A stretch of DNA of 64,000 bases, from the NCBI RefSeq assembly GCF_048403405.1, contig NZ_CP183129.1; one strand, 5' to 3'. Positions 13,494 to 28,997 of the stretch are shown piece after piece. Position numbers and translations under genes: made by a program. Numbering within the stretch: position 1 is the stretch's first letter; every line of letters starts with the position of its first letter. The notes below the pieces were generated by a model. The model searched no databases and was not told where the DNA came from. It was given only the letters and a program-made list of their open reading frames with translations. The stretch is from Escherichia coli. GTDB taxonomy: Bacteria; Pseudomonadota; Gammaproteobacteria; Enterobacterales; Enterobacteriaceae.

Positions 13494-15079
13494 TTCCCGG
13501 CTGGTTAATTCCAGGAATAAGCGCCGCTACGCTTGTGGTGGCGGTTGCGCTGGCGGCGTTTCTCGCCCTGTGGTGGAACGCGCCGCAGGGTGACTGGTCG
13601 GCAGTCTGGCAGGACAGCTATCTGTGGCATGTGGTGCGCTTCTCCTTCTGGCAGGCGTTTCTCTCTGCGCTGCTCTCTGTCGTGCCCGCGATATTCCTTG
13701 CCCGCGCCCTCTACCGCAGGCGCTTTCCAGGACGGCTGGCGCTGTTGCGTCTGTGTGCCATGACCTTGATCCTCCCGGTGCTGGTTGCTGTTTTCGGCAT
13801 TCTTAGCGTCTATGGTCGCCAGGGCTGGCTGGCATCGCTCTGCCAATCGCTCGGTCTGGAGTGGACCTTTTCGCCCTACGGCCTGCAAGGTATTTTGCTG
13901 GCCCATGTGTTTTTTAATCTGCCGATGGCGAGCCGTTTATTACTTCAGGCACTGGAAAACATTCCCGGCGAACAACGTCAGCTTGCCGCCCAGCTTGGGA
14001 TGCGCGGCTGGCATTTTTTCCGCTTCGTCGAATGGCCGTGGTTACGGCGACAAATCCCGCCAGTTGCTGCGCTTATCTTTATGCTCTGTTTCGCCAGCTT
14101 CGCCACCGTGCTGTCGCTGGGCGGCGGTCCGCAGGCGACCACTATCGAGCTGGCTATTTATCAGGCGCTGAGTTACGACTACGATCCTGCCCGCGCGGCG
14201 ATGCTGGCGTTGATCCAGATGGTGTGTTGCCTCGGGCTAGTGCTGTTGAGTCAGCGATTGAGTAAGGCCATTGCGCCCGGCACTACGCTGCTGCAAGGCT
14301 GGCGCGACCCGGACGATCGTCTGCATAGCCGCATTTGCGACACGGTGTTAATTGTGCTGGCGCTGTTGCTGTTGCTGCCACCGTTACTGGCGGTGCTCGT
14401 CGATGGGATAAATCGCCAGTTGCCGGAAGTGCTGGCGCAGCCGGTGCTGTGGCAGGCGCTGTGGACCTCGTTGCGTATTGCGCTGGCGGCAGGCGTATTA
14501 TGCGTAGTGCTGACCATGATGCTGCTATGGAGCAGTCGCGAACTGCGGGCGCGGCAAAAAATGCTGGCGGGTCAGGCGCTGGAGATGAGCGGTATGTTGA
14601 TCCTCGCCATGCCGGGGATTGTGCTGGCAACGGGCTTCTTTTTGCTGCTCAACAACACCATTGGCCTGCCACAATCTGCTGACGGCATTGTGATTTTCAC
14701 CAATGCGTTAATGGCGATCCCTTACGCGCTGAAAGTGCTGGAAAACCCGATGCGCGATATCACCGCCCGCTACAGCATGTTATGTCAGTCGCTGGGGATT
14801 GAAGGCTGGTCGCGCTTAAAAGTGGTGGAACTGCGCGCCCTGAAACGTCCGCTGGCGCAGGCGCTGGCTTTTGCTTGTGTGCTGTCGATTGGTGATTTTG
14901 GCGTGGTGGCGTTGTTCGGTAACGATGATTTCCGCACCCTGCCGTTTTATCTCTACCAGCAAATTGGCTCCTATCGCAGCCAGGACGGTGCGGTCACCGC
15001 GTTAATTCTGCTACTGCTCTGTTTTATGCTGTTTACCGTGATTGAAAAACTACCGGGGCGAAATGTTAAAACTGACTGA
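13469..15079 (+). CDS. thiP: Thiamine ABC transporter permease
   Basis: ORF 13469..15079, 536 aa, polytopic membrane protein; overlaps the thiB 3' end by 25 nt. Confidence 0.94.
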
Positions 15080-15761
15080 TATCACCTGGCTTTACCACCA
15101 TTTGCCGATGCGTTTTAGCTTAACGGTGGAACGCGGCGAGCAGGTGGCGATCCTCGGGCCAAGCGGCGCGGGTAAAAGTACCCTGCTGAATTTGATCGCC
15201 GGTTTTCTGACGCCAGCCAGCGGTTCGCTGACTATCGACGGCGTTGATTACACCACGACGCCGCCGTCACGCCGTCCGGTATCGATGCTGTTTCAGGAGA
15301 ACAACCTGTTCAGTCACCTGACGGTCGCGCAGAACATCGGGCTGGGGCTTAACCCTGGATTGAAGCTGAACGCGGCGCAGCAGGAGAAAATGCACGTGAT
15401 TGCCCGTCAGATGGGGATTGATAATTTAATGGCGCGGTTACCGGGCGAGCTTTCCGGCGGTCAGCGACAGCGCGTGGCGTTAGCGCGTTGTCTGGTACGC
15501 GAACAGCCGATTTTATTGCTCGATGAACCGTTCTCTGCGCTCGATCCGGCGTTACGTCAGGAGATGCTGACGCTAGTGAGCACGAGCTGCCAACAGCAAA
15601 AAATGACGCTATTGATGGTGTCGCACAGTGTGGAAGATGCGGCGCGGATCGCCACACGCTCGGTGGTGGTCGCCGACGGGCGCATCGCCTGGCAGGGTAA
15701 GACTGAAGAATTGTTGAGCGGTAAGGCGAGTGCTTCAGCGCTGTTGGGGATTACAGGTTAA
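15063..15761 (+). CDS. thiQ: Thiamine ABC transporter ATP-binding protein
   Basis: ORF 15042..15761; start trimmed to [13 protein letters not shown]... (232 aa); Walker [10 protein letters not shown] and ABC signature [13 protein letters not shown]. Confidence 0.93.
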   Translation: MLKLTDITWLYHHLPMRFSLTVERGEQVAILGPSGAGKSTLLNLIAGFLTPASGSLTIDGVDYTTTPPSRRPVSMLFQENNLFSHLTVAQNIGLGLNPGLKLNAAQQEKMHVIARQMGIDNLMARLPGELSGGQRQRVALARCLVREQPILLLDEPFSALDPALRQEMLTLVSTSCQQQKMTLLMVSHSVEDAARIATRSVVVADGRIAWQGKTEELLSGKASASALLGITG

Positions 15762-15773
15762 AAGCACACGGAC

Positions 15774-15815
15774 AGCCCCCTCGCCCCTCCGGGGAGAGGG
15801 TTAGGGTGAGGGGAA
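15774..15815. repeat. GC-rich dispersed repeat (box C-like), copy 1
   Basis: ccccctcgcccctccggggagagggttagggtgaggggaac between convergent thiQ and yabI; near-identical to the element at 21230..21272. Confidence 0.55.
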
Positions 15816-15842
15816 CAAACCAGCGCCGATGCAAACTATCCC

Positions 15843-16607
15843 CTAAACCCCAACCACTTTACGCAAAATATCGATATACACCGGCATCAACGGGTGGCGA
15901 ATTAACACCACCAGCGCCACCACGCCGATGGCAGAAATCAACGGCGTCAACCACAACAAACGACCGTGCGACAAATAATGACTTAAACGATCGGTTGCTT
16001 TGCCGCTGCGCCATAACCGCCAGCACAGCCAGCCCCCAACCCACAAAAATACCGCCGTCGCCAGCAGCAACCATTTAAACTCACCACTCTGCATCCCGGC
16101 AGGAATATCGATCGCCGCGCCCGCCAGAATCCCTGGCAGGAAGTAAAACGGCGGCCACAGCAGGCAGCCTATAATATTCGGCGTAATGAATTTTGCCACC
16201 GGGAGATCCAGCATTCCCGCCACCATTGGCACCAGCGGACGCGTCGGGCCAACAAAGCGACCGACCAGAATGGTGAACATGCTGTGTTGATGCAACGCAT
16301 GTTCAGTTTTATCGAGTAATGCTTTGTTTTTCTTCAGAAATGACCAGCGATGCAATGGCTTTTTAAAACGCCAGCCCAGCCAGAAAGAGATCCAGTCGCC
16401 CAGCAGGCAACCGACGATCCCTGCCAGCCAGGCGTGCCAGAAACTTAACTCGCCACTGCCAATCAGCGCCCCCAGTCCCGCCATTAGCACCGTACCGGGT
16501 AAAATCAAACCGACCAGCGCCAGCGACTCCAGAAAGGCCACCAACACCACCGCCATCAATGAATACACGGTGGATTGGGTAATAAAGTGTTCCAGCAATG
16601 CTTGCAT
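15843..16607 (-). CDS. yabI: DedA-family inner membrane protein
   Basis: ORF 15843..16607, 254 aa, hydrophobic multi-pass protein. Confidence 0.9.
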   Translation of the reverse strand: MQALLEHFITQSTVYSLMAVVLVAFLESLALVGLILPGTVLMAGLGALIGSGELSFWHAWLAGIVGCLLGDWISFWLGWRFKKPLHRWSFLKKNKALLDKTEHALHQHSMFTILVGRFVGPTRPLVPMVAGMLDLPVAKFITPNIIGCLLWPPFYFLPGILAGAAIDIPAGMQSGEFKWLLLATAVFLWVGGWLCWRLWRSGKATDRLSHYLSHGRLLWLTPLISAIGVVALVVLIRHPLMPVYIDILRKVVGV

Positions 16608-16692
16608 AATGTGCCTGTCAAATGGACGAAGCAGGGATTCTGCAAACCCTATGCTACTCCGTCAAGCCGTCAATTGTCTGATTCGTTACCAA

Positions 16693-17571
16693 TTATGACA
16701 ACTTGACGGCTACATCATTCACTTTTTCTTCACAACCGGCACGGAATTCACTCGGGCTGGCCCCGGTGCATTTTTTAAATACTCGCGAGAAATAGAGTTG
16801 ATCGTCAAAACCAACATTGCGACCGACGGTAGCGATAGGCATCCGGGTGGTGCTCAAAAGCAGCTTCGCCTGACTAATGCGTTGGTCCTCGCGCCAGCTT
16901 AAGACGCTAATTCCTAACTGCTGGCGGAACAGATGCGACAGACGCGACGGCGACAGGCAAACATGCTGTGCGACGCTGGCGATATCAAAATTGCTGTCTG
17001 CCAGGTGATCGCTGATGTACTGACAAGCCTCGCGTACCCGATTATCCATCGGTGGATGGAGCGACTCGTTAATTGCTTCCATGCGCCGCAGTAACAATTG
17101 CTCAAGCAGATTTATCGCCAGCAGCTCCGAATAGCGCCCTTCCCCTTGCCCGGCGTTAATGATTTGCCCAAACAGGTCGCTGAAATGCGGCTGGTGCGCT
17201 TCATCCGGGCGAAAGAAACCCGTATTGGCAAATATTGACGGCCAGTTAAGCCATTCATGCCAGTAGGCGCGCGGACGAAAGTAAACCCACTGGTGATACC
17301 ATTCGCGAGCCTCCGGATGGCGACCGTAGTGATGAATCTCTCCTGGCGGGAACAGCAAAATATCACCCGGTCGGCAGACAAATTCTCGTCCCTGATTTTT
17401 CACCACCCCCTGGCCGCGTATGGTGAGATTGAGAATATAACCCTTCATTCCCAGTGGTCGGTCGATAAAAAAATCGAGATAACCGTTGGCCTCAATCGGC
17501 GTTAAACCCGCCACCAGATGGGCGTTAAACGAGTATCCCGGCAGCAGGGGATCATTTTGCGCTTCAGCCAT
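16693..17571 (-). CDS. araC: Arabinose operon regulator AraC
   Basis: ORF 16693..17622; start trimmed to [23 protein letters not shown]... (292 aa). Confidence 0.95.
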
Positions 17572-19610
<2,039 letters not shown>

Positions 19611-19620
19611 GGACACGACA

Positions 19621-21123
19621 ATGACGATTTTTGATAATTATGAAGTGTGGTTTGTAATTGGCAGCCAGCATCTGTATGGCCCGGAAACCCTGCGTCAGGT
19701 CACCCAACATGCCGAGCACGTCGTTAATGCGCTGAATACGGAAGCGAAACTGCCCTGCAAACTGGTGCTGAAACCGCTGGGCACCACGCCGGATGAAATC
19801 ACCGCTATTTGCCGTGACGCGAATTACGACGATCGTTGCGCCGGCCTGGTAGTGTGGCTACACACTTTCTCCCCGGCCAAAATGTGGATCAACGGCCTGA
19901 CCATGCTCAACAAACCGTTGCTGCAATTCCACACCCAGTTCAACGCGGCGCTGCCGTGGGATAGCATCGATATGGACTTTATGAACCTGAACCAGACTGC
20001 ACATGGCGGTCGCGAGTTCGGCTTCATTGGCGCGCGTATGCGTCAGCAACATGCCGTGGTTACCGGTCACTGGCAGGATAAACAAGCCCATGAGCGTATC
20101 GGCTCCTGGATGCGTCAGGCGGTATCTAAACAGGATACCCGTCATCTGAAAGTCTGCCGTTTTGGCGATAACATGCGTGAAGTAGCGGTCACCGATGGTG
20201 ATAAAGTTGCCGCACAGATCAAGTTCGGTTTCTCCGTCAATACCTGGGCGGTTGGCGATCTGGTGCAGGTGGTGAACTCCATCAGCGATGGCGATGTTAA
20301 CGCGCTGGTCGATGAGTATGAAAGCAGCTACACCATGACGCCTGCCACACAAATCCACGGCGAAAAACGCCAGAACGTGCTGGAAGCGGCGCGTATTGAG
20401 CTGGGGATGAAGCGTTTCCTGGAACAAGGTGGCTTCCACGCGTTCACCACCACCTTTGAAGATTTGCACGGTCTGAAACAGCTTCCTGGTCTGGCCGTAC
20501 AGCGTCTGATGCAGCAGGGTTACGGCTTTGCGGGCGAAGGCGACTGGAAAACTGCCGCCCTGCTTCGCATCATGAAGGTGATGTCAACCGGTCTGCAGGG
20601 CGGCACCTCCTTTATGGAGGACTACACCTACCACTTCGAGAAAGGTAATGACCTGGTGCTCGGCTCCCATATGCTGGAAGTCTGTCCGTCGATCGCTGTG
20701 GAAGAGAAACCGATCCTCGACGTTCAGCACCTCGGTATTGGCGGTAAAGATGATCCAGCGCGCCTGATCTTCAATACCCAAACCGGTCCAGCGATTGTCG
20801 CCAGCTTGATTGATCTCGGCGATCGTTATCGTCTGCTGGTTAACTGCATCGACACGGTGAAAACACCGCACTCCCTGCCGAAACTGCCGGTGGCGAATGC
20901 GCTGTGGAAAGCGCAACCGGATCTGCCAACTGCTTCCGAAGCGTGGATCCTCGCTGGTGGCGCGCACCATACCGTCTTCAGCCATGCGCTGAACCTCAAC
21001 GATATGCGCCAGTTCGCCGAGATGCACGACATTGAAATCACGGTGATTGATAACGACACCCGCCTGCCAGCGTTTAAAGACGCGCTGCGCTGGAACGAAG
21101 TGTATTACGGATTTCGTCGCTAA
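19621..21123 (+). CDS. araA: L-arabinose isomerase
   Basis: ORF 19621..21123, 500 aa. Confidence 0.96.
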   Translation: MTIFDNYEVWFVIGSQHLYGPETLRQVTQHAEHVVNALNTEAKLPCKLVLKPLGTTPDEITAICRDANYDDRCAGLVVWLHTFSPAKMWINGLTMLNKPLLQFHTQFNAALPWDSIDMDFMNLNQTAHGGREFGFIGARMRQQHAVVTGHWQDKQAHERIGSWMRQAVSKQDTRHLKVCRFGDNMREVAVTDGDKVAAQIKFGFSVNTWAVGDLVQVVNSISDGDVNALVDEYESSYTMTPATQIHGEKRQNVLEAARIELGMKRFLEQGGFHAFTTTFEDLHGLKQLPGLAVQRLMQQGYGFAGEGDWKTAALLRIMKVMSTGLQGGTSFMEDYTYHFEKGNDLVLGSHMLEVCPSIAVEEKPILDVQHLGIGGKDDPARLIFNTQTGPAIVASLIDLGDRYRLLVNCIDTVKTPHSLPKLPVANALWKAQPDLPTASEAWILAGGAHHTVFSHALNLNDMRQFAEMHDIEITVIDNDTRLPAFKDALRWNEVYYGFRR

Positions 21124-21125
21124 GT

Positions 21126-21228
21126 AGCTGCATCAGGTGTGTAACGCCTGATGCGACGCTGGCGCGTCTTATCAGGCCTACACGCTGTGATTTTGTAGGC
21201 CGGATAAGCAAAGCGCATCCGGCATTGT
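21126..21228. repeat. REP (repetitive extragenic palindromic) element cluster
   Basis: Tandem palindromic units of the gcctgatgcgacgc / gcgtcttatcaggcctac / ggccggataag...gcatccggca type between araA and araD. Confidence 0.7.
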
Positions 21229-21229
21229 T

Positions 21230-21272
21230 TTCCCCCTCGCCCCTTTGGGGAGAGGGCCGGGGTGAGGGGAAA
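21230..21272. repeat. GC-rich dispersed repeat (box C-like), copy 2
   Basis: ccccctcgcccctttggggagagggccggggtgaggggaaac, directly upstream of the araD RBS; matches copy 1 at 15774..15815 with a few substitutions. Confidence 0.55.
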
Positions 21273-21291
21273 CGACCTCTCAGGAGTCAAC

Positions 21292-21987
21292 ATGTTAGAA
21301 GATCTCAAACGCCAGGTATTAGAAGCCAATTTGGCGCTGCCAAAACATAACCTGGTCACGCTCACATGGGGCAACGTCAGCGCCGTTGATCGCGAGCGCG
21401 GCGTCTTTGTGATCAAACCTTCCGGCGTCGATTACAACGTCATGACCGCTGACGATATGGTCGTGGTCAGCATCGAAACCGGTGAAGTGGTTGAAGGAAC
21501 GAAAAAGCCCTCCTCCGACACGCCAACTCATCGGCTGCTCTATCAGGCATTCCCGTCCATTGGCGGCATTGTGCATACGCACTCCCGCCACGCCACCATC
21601 TGGGCGCAGGCGGGCCAGTCAATTCCGGCAACCGGTACCACCCACGCCGACTATTTCTACGGCACCATTCCCTGCACCCGCAAAATGACCGACGCAGAAA
21701 TCAACGGTGAATATGAGTGGGAAACCGGTAACGTCATCGTAGAAACCTTCGAAAAACAGGGTATCGATGCGGCGCAAATGCCCGGCGTCCTGGTCCATTC
21801 TCACGGCCCATTTGCATGGGGCAAAAATGCCGAAGATGCGGTGCATAACGCCATCGTGCTGGAAGAGGTCGCTTATATGGGGATATTCTGCCGTCAGTTA
21901 GCGCCGCAGTTACCGGATATGCAGCAAACGCTGCTGAATAAACACTATCTGCGTAAGCATGGCGCGAAGGCATATTACGGGCAGTAA
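21292..21987 (+). CDS. araD: L-ribulose-5-phosphate 4-epimerase
   Basis: ORF 21262..21987; start trimmed to [19 protein letters not shown]... (231 aa). Confidence 0.95.
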   Translation: MLEDLKRQVLEANLALPKHNLVTLTWGNVSAVDRERGVFVIKPSGVDYNVMTADDMVVVSIETGEVVEGTKKPSSDTPTHRLLYQAFPSIGGIVHTHSRHATIWAQAGQSIPATGTTHADYFYGTIPCTRKMTDAEINGEYEWETGNVIVETFEKQGIDAAQMPGVLVHSHGPFAWGKNAEDAVHNAIVLEEVAYMGIFCRQLAPQLPDMQQTLLNKHYLRKHGAKAYYGQ

Positions 21988-22015
21988 TGACTGTATAAAA
22001 CCACAGCCAATCAAA

Positions 22016-22049
22016 CGAAACCAGGCTATAATCAAGCCTGGTTTTTTAT
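22016..22049 (+). terminator. Rho-independent terminator after araD
   Basis: gaaaccaggct-ataatca-agcctggttt hairpin followed by TTTTTATT. Confidence 0.7.
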
Positions 22050-22061
22050 TGGATTTTCAAC

Positions 22062-24413
22062 GTGGCGCAGGCAGGTTTTATCTTAACCCGACACTGGCGG
22101 GACACCCCGCAAGGGACAGAAGTCTCCTTCTGGCTGGCGACGGACAACGGGCCGTTGCAGGTTACGCTTGCGCCGCAAGAGTCCGTGGCCTTTATTCCCG
22201 CCGATCAGGTTCCCCGCGCTCAGCATATTTTGCAGGGTGAACAAGGCTTTCGCTTGACGCCGCTGGCGTTAAAAGATTTTCACCGCCAACCGGTGTATGG
22301 CCTTTACTGTCGCGCCCATCGCCAGTTGATGAATTACGAAAAGCGCCTGCGTGAAGGTGGCGTTACCGTCTACGAGGCCGATGTGCGCCCGCCAGAACGC
22401 TATCTGATGGAGCGGTTTATCACCTCTCCGGTGTGGGTCGAGGGTGATATGCGCAATGGCGCTATCGTTAATGCCCGTCTGAAACCGCATCCCGACTACC
22501 GTCCGCCGCTCAAGTGGGTTTCTATTGATATTGAAACCACCCGCCACGGTGAGCTGTACTGCATCGGCCTGGAAGGTTGCGGGCAGCGCATCGTTTATAT
22601 GCTGGGGCCAGAGAATGGCGACGCCTCCGCGCTCGATTTTGAACTGGAATACGTCGCCAGTCGCCCGCAGCTACTGGAAAAACTCAACGCCTGGTTTGCG
22701 ACTCACTATCCCGATGTGATCATCGGCTGGAACGTGGTGCAATTCGATCTACGAATGCTGCAAAAACATGCCGAGCGTTACCGTATTCCGCTGCGTCTTG
22801 GACGTGATAACAGCGAGCTGGAGTGGCGCGAGCACGGCTTTAAAAACGGCGTCTTTTTTGCCCAGGCCAAAGGGCGACTGATTATCGACGGTATCGAGGC
22901 GCTGAAATCCGCGTTCTGGAATTTCTCTTCATTCTCGCTGGAAACCGTCGCTCAGGAGTTATTAGGCGAAGGAAAATCTATCGATAACCCGTGGGATCGG
23001 ATGGACGAAATTGACCGCCGTTTCGCCGAAGATAAACCTGCGCTGGCAACTTATAACCTGAAAGATTGCGAGCTGGTGACGCAGATCTTCCACAAAACTG
23101 AAATCATGCCGTTTTTACTCGAACGAGCGACGGTGAACGGCCTGCCGGTGGATCGGCACGGCGGTTCGGTGGCAGCGTTTGGTCATCTCTATTTTCCCCG
23201 AATGCATCGCGCTGGTTATGTCGCGCCTAATCTCGGCGAAGTGCCGCCACACGCCAGCCCTGGCGGCTATGTGATGGATTCGCGGCCAGGGCTTTATGAT
23301 TCGGTGCTGGTGCTGGACTACAAAAGCCTGTACCCGTCGATCATCCGCACCTTTCTGATTGATCCCGTCGGACTGGTGGAAGGCATGGCGCAGCCTGATC
23401 CAGAGCATAGCACCGAAGGTTTTCTCGATGCCTGGTTCTCGCGGGAGAAACATTGCCTGCCGGAGATTGTGACTAACATCTGGCACGGGCGCGATGAAGC
23501 CAAACGTCAGGGTAATAAGCCGCTTTCGCAGGCGCTGAAGATCATTATGAATGCCTTTTATGGCGTGCTTGGCACCACCGCCTGCCGCTTCTTCGATCCG
23601 CGCCTGGCGTCGTCGATCACCATGCGTGGTCATCAGATCATGCGGCAAACCAAAGCGTTGATTGAAGCGCAGGGCTACGACGTGATCTACGGCGATACCG
23701 ACTCAACGTTTGTCTGGTTGAAAGGCGCACATTCGGAAGAAGAAGCGGCGAAAATCGGTCGTGCACTGGTGCAGCACGTTAACGCCTGGTGGGCAGAAAC
23801 GCTGCAAAAACAACGACTGACCAGCGCACTGGAACTGGAGTATGAAACCCATTTCTGCCGTTTTCTGATGCCAACCATTCGCGGAGCCGATACCGGTAGT
23901 AAAAAGCGTTATGCCGGGCTGATTCAGGAGGGCGATAAGCAGCGGATGGTGTTTAAAGGGCTGGAAACCGTACGCACCGACTGGACGCCGCTGGCCCAGC
24001 AGTTTCAGCAGGAGCTTTACCTGCGTATCTTCCGCAACGAGCCATATCAGGAGTACGTCCGCGAAACCATCGACAAACTGATGGCGGGTGAACTGGATGC
24101 GCGGCTGGTTTACCGTAAACGCCTTCGCCGTCCGCTGAGCGAATATCAGCGTAATGTTCCGCCTCATGTACGCGCCGCTCGCCTTGCCGATGAAGAAAAC
24201 CAAAAGCGCGGTCGCCCCTTGCAATATCAGAACCGCGGCTCCATTAAGTACGTATGGACCACCAACGGCCCGGAGCCGCTGGACTACCAACGTTCACCAC
24301 TGGATTACGAACACTATCTGACCCGCCAGCTACAACCCGTGGCGGAGGGAATACTCCCTTTTATTGAGGATAATTTTGCTACACTTATGACCGGGCAACT
24401 TGGGCTATTTTGA
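22062..24413 (+). CDS. polB: DNA polymerase II (B-family)
   Basis: ORF 22062..24413, 783 aa; exonuclease and polymerase motifs (YGDTDS) present. Confidence 0.96.
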   Translation: MAQAGFILTRHWRDTPQGTEVSFWLATDNGPLQVTLAPQESVAFIPADQVPRAQHILQGEQGFRLTPLALKDFHRQPVYGLYCRAHRQLMNYEKRLREGGVTVYEADVRPPERYLMERFITSPVWVEGDMRNGAIVNARLKPHPDYRPPLKWVSIDIETTRHGELYCIGLEGCGQRIVYMLGPENGDASALDFELEYVASRPQLLEKLNAWFATHYPDVIIGWNVVQFDLRMLQKHAERYRIPLRLGRDNSELEWREHGFKNGVFFAQAKGRLIIDGIEALKSAFWNFSSFSLETVAQELLGEGKSIDNPWDRMDEIDRRFAEDKPALATYNLKDCELVTQIFHKTEIMPFLLERATVNGLPVDRHGGSVAAFGHLYFPRMHRAGYVAPNLGEVPPHASPGGYVMDSRPGLYDSVLVLDYKSLYPSIIRTFLIDPVGLVEGMAQPDPEHSTEGFLDAWFSREKHCLPEIVTNIWHGRDEAKRQGNKPLSQALKIIMNAFYGVLGTTACRFFDPRLASSITMRGHQIMRQTKALIEAQGYDVIYGDTDSTFVWLKGAHSEEEAAKIGRALVQHVNAWWAETLQKQRLTSALELEYETHFCRFLMPTIRGADTGSKKRYAGLIQEGDKQRMVFKGLETVRTDWTPLAQQFQQELYLRIFRNEPYQEYVRETIDKLMAGELDARLVYRKRLRRPLSEYQRNVPPHVRAARLADEENQKRGRPLQYQNRGSIKYVWTTNGPEPLDYQRSPLDYEHYLTRQLQPVAEGILPFIEDNFATLMTGQLGLF

Positions 24414-24576
24414 GCAAAAAAAGAGTTCGCCAGATACCATTTTGATGCGTGACGAATGCTTTGCCATCCAGTACCATAGCGCCCTTTCCATTCCTGGACC
24501 TGAATAACACCACTACCTCATAAGCACGGTAGCGGGTGGTTATTGCCTGCAATTAAAGATATAGAGCCGAACACAT

Positions 24577-27483
24577 ATGCCTTTTACACTTGGTCAACGC
24601 TGGATCAGCGATACAGAAAGCGAATTGGGACTTGGAACCGTTGTCGCGGTGGATGCGCGAACTGTCACTTTACTTTTCCCATCTACTGGTGAAAACCGTC
24701 TGTACGCACGCAGTGATTCCCCCGTGACCCGCGTGATGTTCAACCCTGGTGATACCATTACCAGCCATGATGGCTGGCAGATGCAAGTCGAAGAAGTAAA
24801 AGAAGAAAATGGCTTGCTGACCTATATCGGTACTCGCCTGGATACTGAAGAGTCCGGCGTAGCCCTGCGTGAAGTTTTCCTTGATAGCAAACTGGTGTTC
24901 AGCAAACCGCAGGACCGTCTGTTTGCCGGGCAGATTGACCGTATGGACCGCTTTGCGCTGCGTTATCGCGCGCGTAAGTATTCCAGCGAACAGTTCCGTA
25001 TGCCGTACAGCGGCCTGCGCGGTCAGCGTACCAGCCTGATTCCGCACCAGCTCAACATCGCTCATGATGTTGGCCGCCGCCACGCGCCGCGCGTCCTGCT
25101 GGCTGACGAAGTGGGTTTAGGGAAAACCATTGAAGCCGGGATGATTCTGCATCAGCAACTGCTCTCTGGCGCTGCTGAACGTGTGCTGATTATCGTCCCG
25201 GAAACCTTACAGCATCAGTGGCTGGTAGAAATGCTGCGCCGTTTCAACCTGCGCTTTGCTCTGTTTGATGATGAGCGTTATGCCGAAGCTCAGCATGATG
25301 CTTACAACCCGTTCGACACCGAACAGCTGGTGATTTGCTCGCTGGATTTTGCCCGTCGTAGCAAACAGCGTCTGGAACATCTCTGTGAAGCCGAATGGGA
25401 TCTGCTGGTGGTCGATGAAGCCCATCACCTGGTGTGGAGCGAAGATGCGCCGAGCCGCGAATATCAGGCCATTGAACAACTGGCAGAGCACGTGCCCGGC
25501 GTTCTGCTGCTGACCGCAACCCCGGAACAACTGGGGATGGAAAGCCACTTCGCCCGTCTGCGTCTGCTGGACCCGAACCGTTTCCACGATTTCGCGCAAT
25601 TCGTTGAAGAGCAGAAAAATTATCGTCCGGTTGCGGACGCCGTTGCCATGCTGCTGGCAGGTAACAAACTGAGCAATGACGAACTGAACATGCTTGGCGA
25701 GATGATCGGCGAGCAGGATATCGAGCCGCTGTTACAAGCAGCAAACAGCGACAGCGAAGATGCCCAGAGCGCCCGTCAGGAGCTGGTTTCGATGCTGATG
25801 GATCGCCACGGCACCAGCCGCGTGCTGTTCCGTAACACCCGTAACGGTGTGAAAGGCTTCCCGAAACGCGAGCTGCACACCATTAAGCTGCCGCTGCCGA
25901 CGCAGTATCAGACGGCTATTAAAGTCTCCGGCATTATGGGCGCACGCAAAAGTGCGGAAGATCGCGCTCGCGATATGCTCTACCCGGAGCGTATTTATCA
26001 GGAATTTGAAGGTGATAACGCCACCTGGTGGAACTTCGATCCGCGCGTTGAGTGGCTGATGGGCTACCTGACCAGCCATCGCTCTCAGAAAGTGCTGGTG
26101 ATCTGCGCTAAAGCTGCCACTGCGCTGCAACTGGAGCAAGTACTGCGCGAACGTGAAGGTATCCGCGCCGCGGTGTTCCACGAAGGCATGTCGATTATTG
26201 AACGTGACCGCGCTGCCGCCTGGTTTGCTGAAGAAGACACCGGCGCACAGGTACTGCTGTGCTCGGAAATCGGTTCTGAAGGACGTAACTTCCAGTTCGC
26301 CAGCCACATGGTAATGTTTGACCTGCCATTCAACCCGGATCTGCTGGAGCAGCGTATTGGGCGTCTGGATCGTATCGGTCAGGCGCACGATATTCAGATC
26401 CATGTGCCTTATCTGGAGAAAACCGCTCAGTCGGTGCTGGTGCGCTGGTATCACGAAGGTCTGGATGCATTCGAACACACCTGCCCGACCGGACGCACTA
26501 TCTACGATAGCGTATACAACGATCTGATTAACTATCTGGCTTCACCGGATGAGACCGAAGGCTTTGACGATCTGATCAAAAACTGCCGCGAGCAACATGA
26601 AGCGCTGAAAGCACAGCTGGAACAAGGTCGTGACCGCCTGCTGGAAATCCATTCCAACGGTGGCGAAAAAGCCCAGGCACTGGCAGAAAGCATTGAAGAG
26701 CAGGATGACGATACCAACCTGATCGCCTTCGCCATGAACCTGTTCGATATTATCGGTATCAATCAGGACGATCGCGGCGACAACATGATCGTACTGACGC
26801 CGTCCGATCATATGCTGGTGCCGGACTTCCCTGGCTTGTCGGAAGATGGCATCACCATCACCTTCGACCGTGAAGTGGCGCTGGCGCGTGAAGATGCGCA
26901 GTTTATTACCTGGGAGCATCCGCTGATCCGCAACGGTCTGGATCTGATCCTTTCTGGCGACACCGGTAGCAGCACGATTTCACTGTTGAAAAACAAAGCG
27001 TTGCCGGTAGGTACGCTGTTGGTGGAACTGATTTACGTGGTTGAAGCCCAGGCTCCGAAGCAGTTGCAGCTCAACCGCTTCCTGCCGCCGACACCGGTAC
27101 GTATGCTGCTGGATAAAAACGGCAACAACCTGGCGGCGCAGGTGGAGTTTGAAACCTTTAACCGTCAGCTTAACGCGGTTAACCGTCACACCGGCAGCAA
27201 ACTGGTTAACGCCGTGCAGCAGGATGTTCACGCGATCCTTCAGTTGGGTGAAGCGCAGATCGAGAAATCTGCCCGTGCACTGATTGATGCCGCACGTAAC
27301 GAAGCCGACGAAAAACTGTCTGCCGAGCTGTCTCGTCTGGAAGCTCTGCGTGCAGTGAACCCGAACATTCGTGACGACGAACTGACCGCCATTGAGAGCA
27401 ACCGTCAGCAGGTAATGGAAAGCCTGGATCAGGCAGGCTGGCGTCTGGATGCCCTGCGTTTGATCGTTGTAACGCATCAGTAA
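24577..27483 (+). CDS. rapA: RNA polymerase-associated SWI/SNF-family ATPase RapA (HepA)
   Basis: ORF 24577..27483, 968 aa; helicase motifs [14 protein letters not shown] and DEAHH. Confidence 0.96.
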   Translation: MPFTLGQRWISDTESELGLGTVVAVDARTVTLLFPSTGENRLYARSDSPVTRVMFNPGDTITSHDGWQMQVEEVKEENGLLTYIGTRLDTEESGVALREVFLDSKLVFSKPQDRLFAGQIDRMDRFALRYRARKYSSEQFRMPYSGLRGQRTSLIPHQLNIAHDVGRRHAPRVLLADEVGLGKTIEAGMILHQQLLSGAAERVLIIVPETLQHQWLVEMLRRFNLRFALFDDERYAEAQHDAYNPFDTEQLVICSLDFARRSKQRLEHLCEAEWDLLVVDEAHHLVWSEDAPSREYQAIEQLAEHVPGVLLLTATPEQLGMESHFARLRLLDPNRFHDFAQFVEEQKNYRPVADAVAMLLAGNKLSNDELNMLGEMIGEQDIEPLLQAANSDSEDAQSARQELVSMLMDRHGTSRVLFRNTRNGVKGFPKRELHTIKLPLPTQYQTAIKVSGIMGARKSAEDRARDMLYPERIYQEFEGDNATWWNFDPRVEWLMGYLTSHRSQKVLVICAKAATALQLEQVLREREGIRAAVFHEGMSIIERDRAAAWFAEEDTGAQVLLCSEIGSEGRNFQFASHMVMFDLPFNPDLLEQRIGRLDRIGQAHDIQIHVPYLEKTAQSVLVRWYHEGLDAFEHTCPTGRTIYDSVYNDLINYLASPDETEGFDDLIKNCREQHEALKAQLEQGRDRLLEIHSNGGEKAQALAESIEEQDDDTNLIAFAMNLFDIIGINQDDRGDNMIVLTPSDHMLVPDFPGLSEDGITITFDREVALAREDAQFITWEHPLIRNGLDLILSGDTGSSTISLLKNKALPVGTLLVELIYVVEAQAPKQLQLNRFLPPTPVRMLLDKNGNNLAAQVEFETFNRQLNAVNRHTGSKLVNAVQQDVHAILQLGEAQIEKSARALIDAARNEADEKLSAELSRLEALRAVNPNIRDDELTAIESNRQQVMESLDQAGWRLDALRLIVVTHQ

Positions 27484-27494
27484 CGGAGCCGAAA

Positions 27495-28154
27495 ATGGGG
27501 ATGGAAAACTACAATCCACCGCAGGAACCCTGGTTGGTTATCCTGTATCAGGATGACCATATTATGGTGGTCAACAAGCCGAGCGGTTTGTTGTCTGTGC
27601 CGGGTCGTCTGGAAGAGCACAAAGACAGCGTGATGACGCGCATTCAGCGTGATTATCCGCAGGCAGAATCGGTGCATCGTCTGGATATGGCTACCAGTGG
27701 CGTGATTGTAGTGGCGCTGACCAAAGCCGCGGAGCGGGAGTTAAAACGCCAGTTCCGCGAGCGCGAGCCAAAAAAGCAGTATGTGGCCCGCGTCTGGGGG
27801 CATCCATCCCCCGCAGAAGGTCTGGTGGATTTGCCGCTGATTTGCGACTGGCCAAACCGCCCGAAACAGAAAGTCTGTTACGAAACGGGTAAACCTGCGC
27901 AGACGGAGTATGAAGTGGTGGAGTATGCGGCGGATAACACGGCAAGAGTGGTGTTAAAACCGATTACCGGGCGTTCGCATCAGCTGCGTGTGCATATGCT
28001 GGCGCTGGGTCATCCGATTCTCGGCGATCGTTTTTATGCATCACCAGAAGCGAGAGCGATGGCACCACGTTTATTGCTACATGCAGAGATGCTGACGATT
28101 ACCCATCCGGCGTATGGCAATAGCATGACGTTTAAAGCGCCAGCGGATTTTTAA
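27495..28154 (+). CDS. rluA: 23S rRNA / tRNA pseudouridine synthase A
   Basis: ORF 27495..28154, 219 aa; RluA-family motif HRLDMATSG. Confidence 0.94.
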   Translation: MGMENYNPPQEPWLVILYQDDHIMVVNKPSGLLSVPGRLEEHKDSVMTRIQRDYPQAESVHRLDMATSGVIVVALTKAAERELKRQFREREPKKQYVARVWGHPSPAEGLVDLPLICDWPNRPKQKVCYETGKPAQTEYEVVEYAADNTARVVLKPITGRSHQLRVHMLALGHPILGDRFYASPEARAMAPRLLLHAEMLTITHPAYGNSMTFKAPADF

Positions 28155-28159
28155 TAGTC

Positions 28160-28242
28160 ACGCTGGCGAAGTTCAGTAGGCCGGAGAAGGCGTTTACGCC
28201 GCATCCGGCAATTTTGCACCGATTGCCTGATGCGACGCGGGC
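28160..28242. repeat. REP element cluster, interrupted at its right edge by the IS element
   Basis: taggccggagaaggcgtttacgccgcatccggca...gcctgatgcgacgcgggc; the matching partner ggccgcgtcttatcaggcctat lies on the other side of the IS at 29676..29697. Confidence 0.65.

Positions 28243-28997
<755 letters not shown>

Noticed and set aside
13505-14682. Cluster of overlapping ORFs on both strands (e.g. 13505..13906, 14283..14630, 14335..14682)
   Set aside because: All fall inside the GC-rich thiP permease gene; Ala/Arg-rich translations typical of off-frame reading of membrane-protein genes.
25732-26478. 248-aa ORF on the minus strand, plus neighbouring antisense ORFs (25244..25744, 26980..27519)
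   Set aside because: All lie antisense within rapA; shadow ORFs of a long, codon-biased gene.
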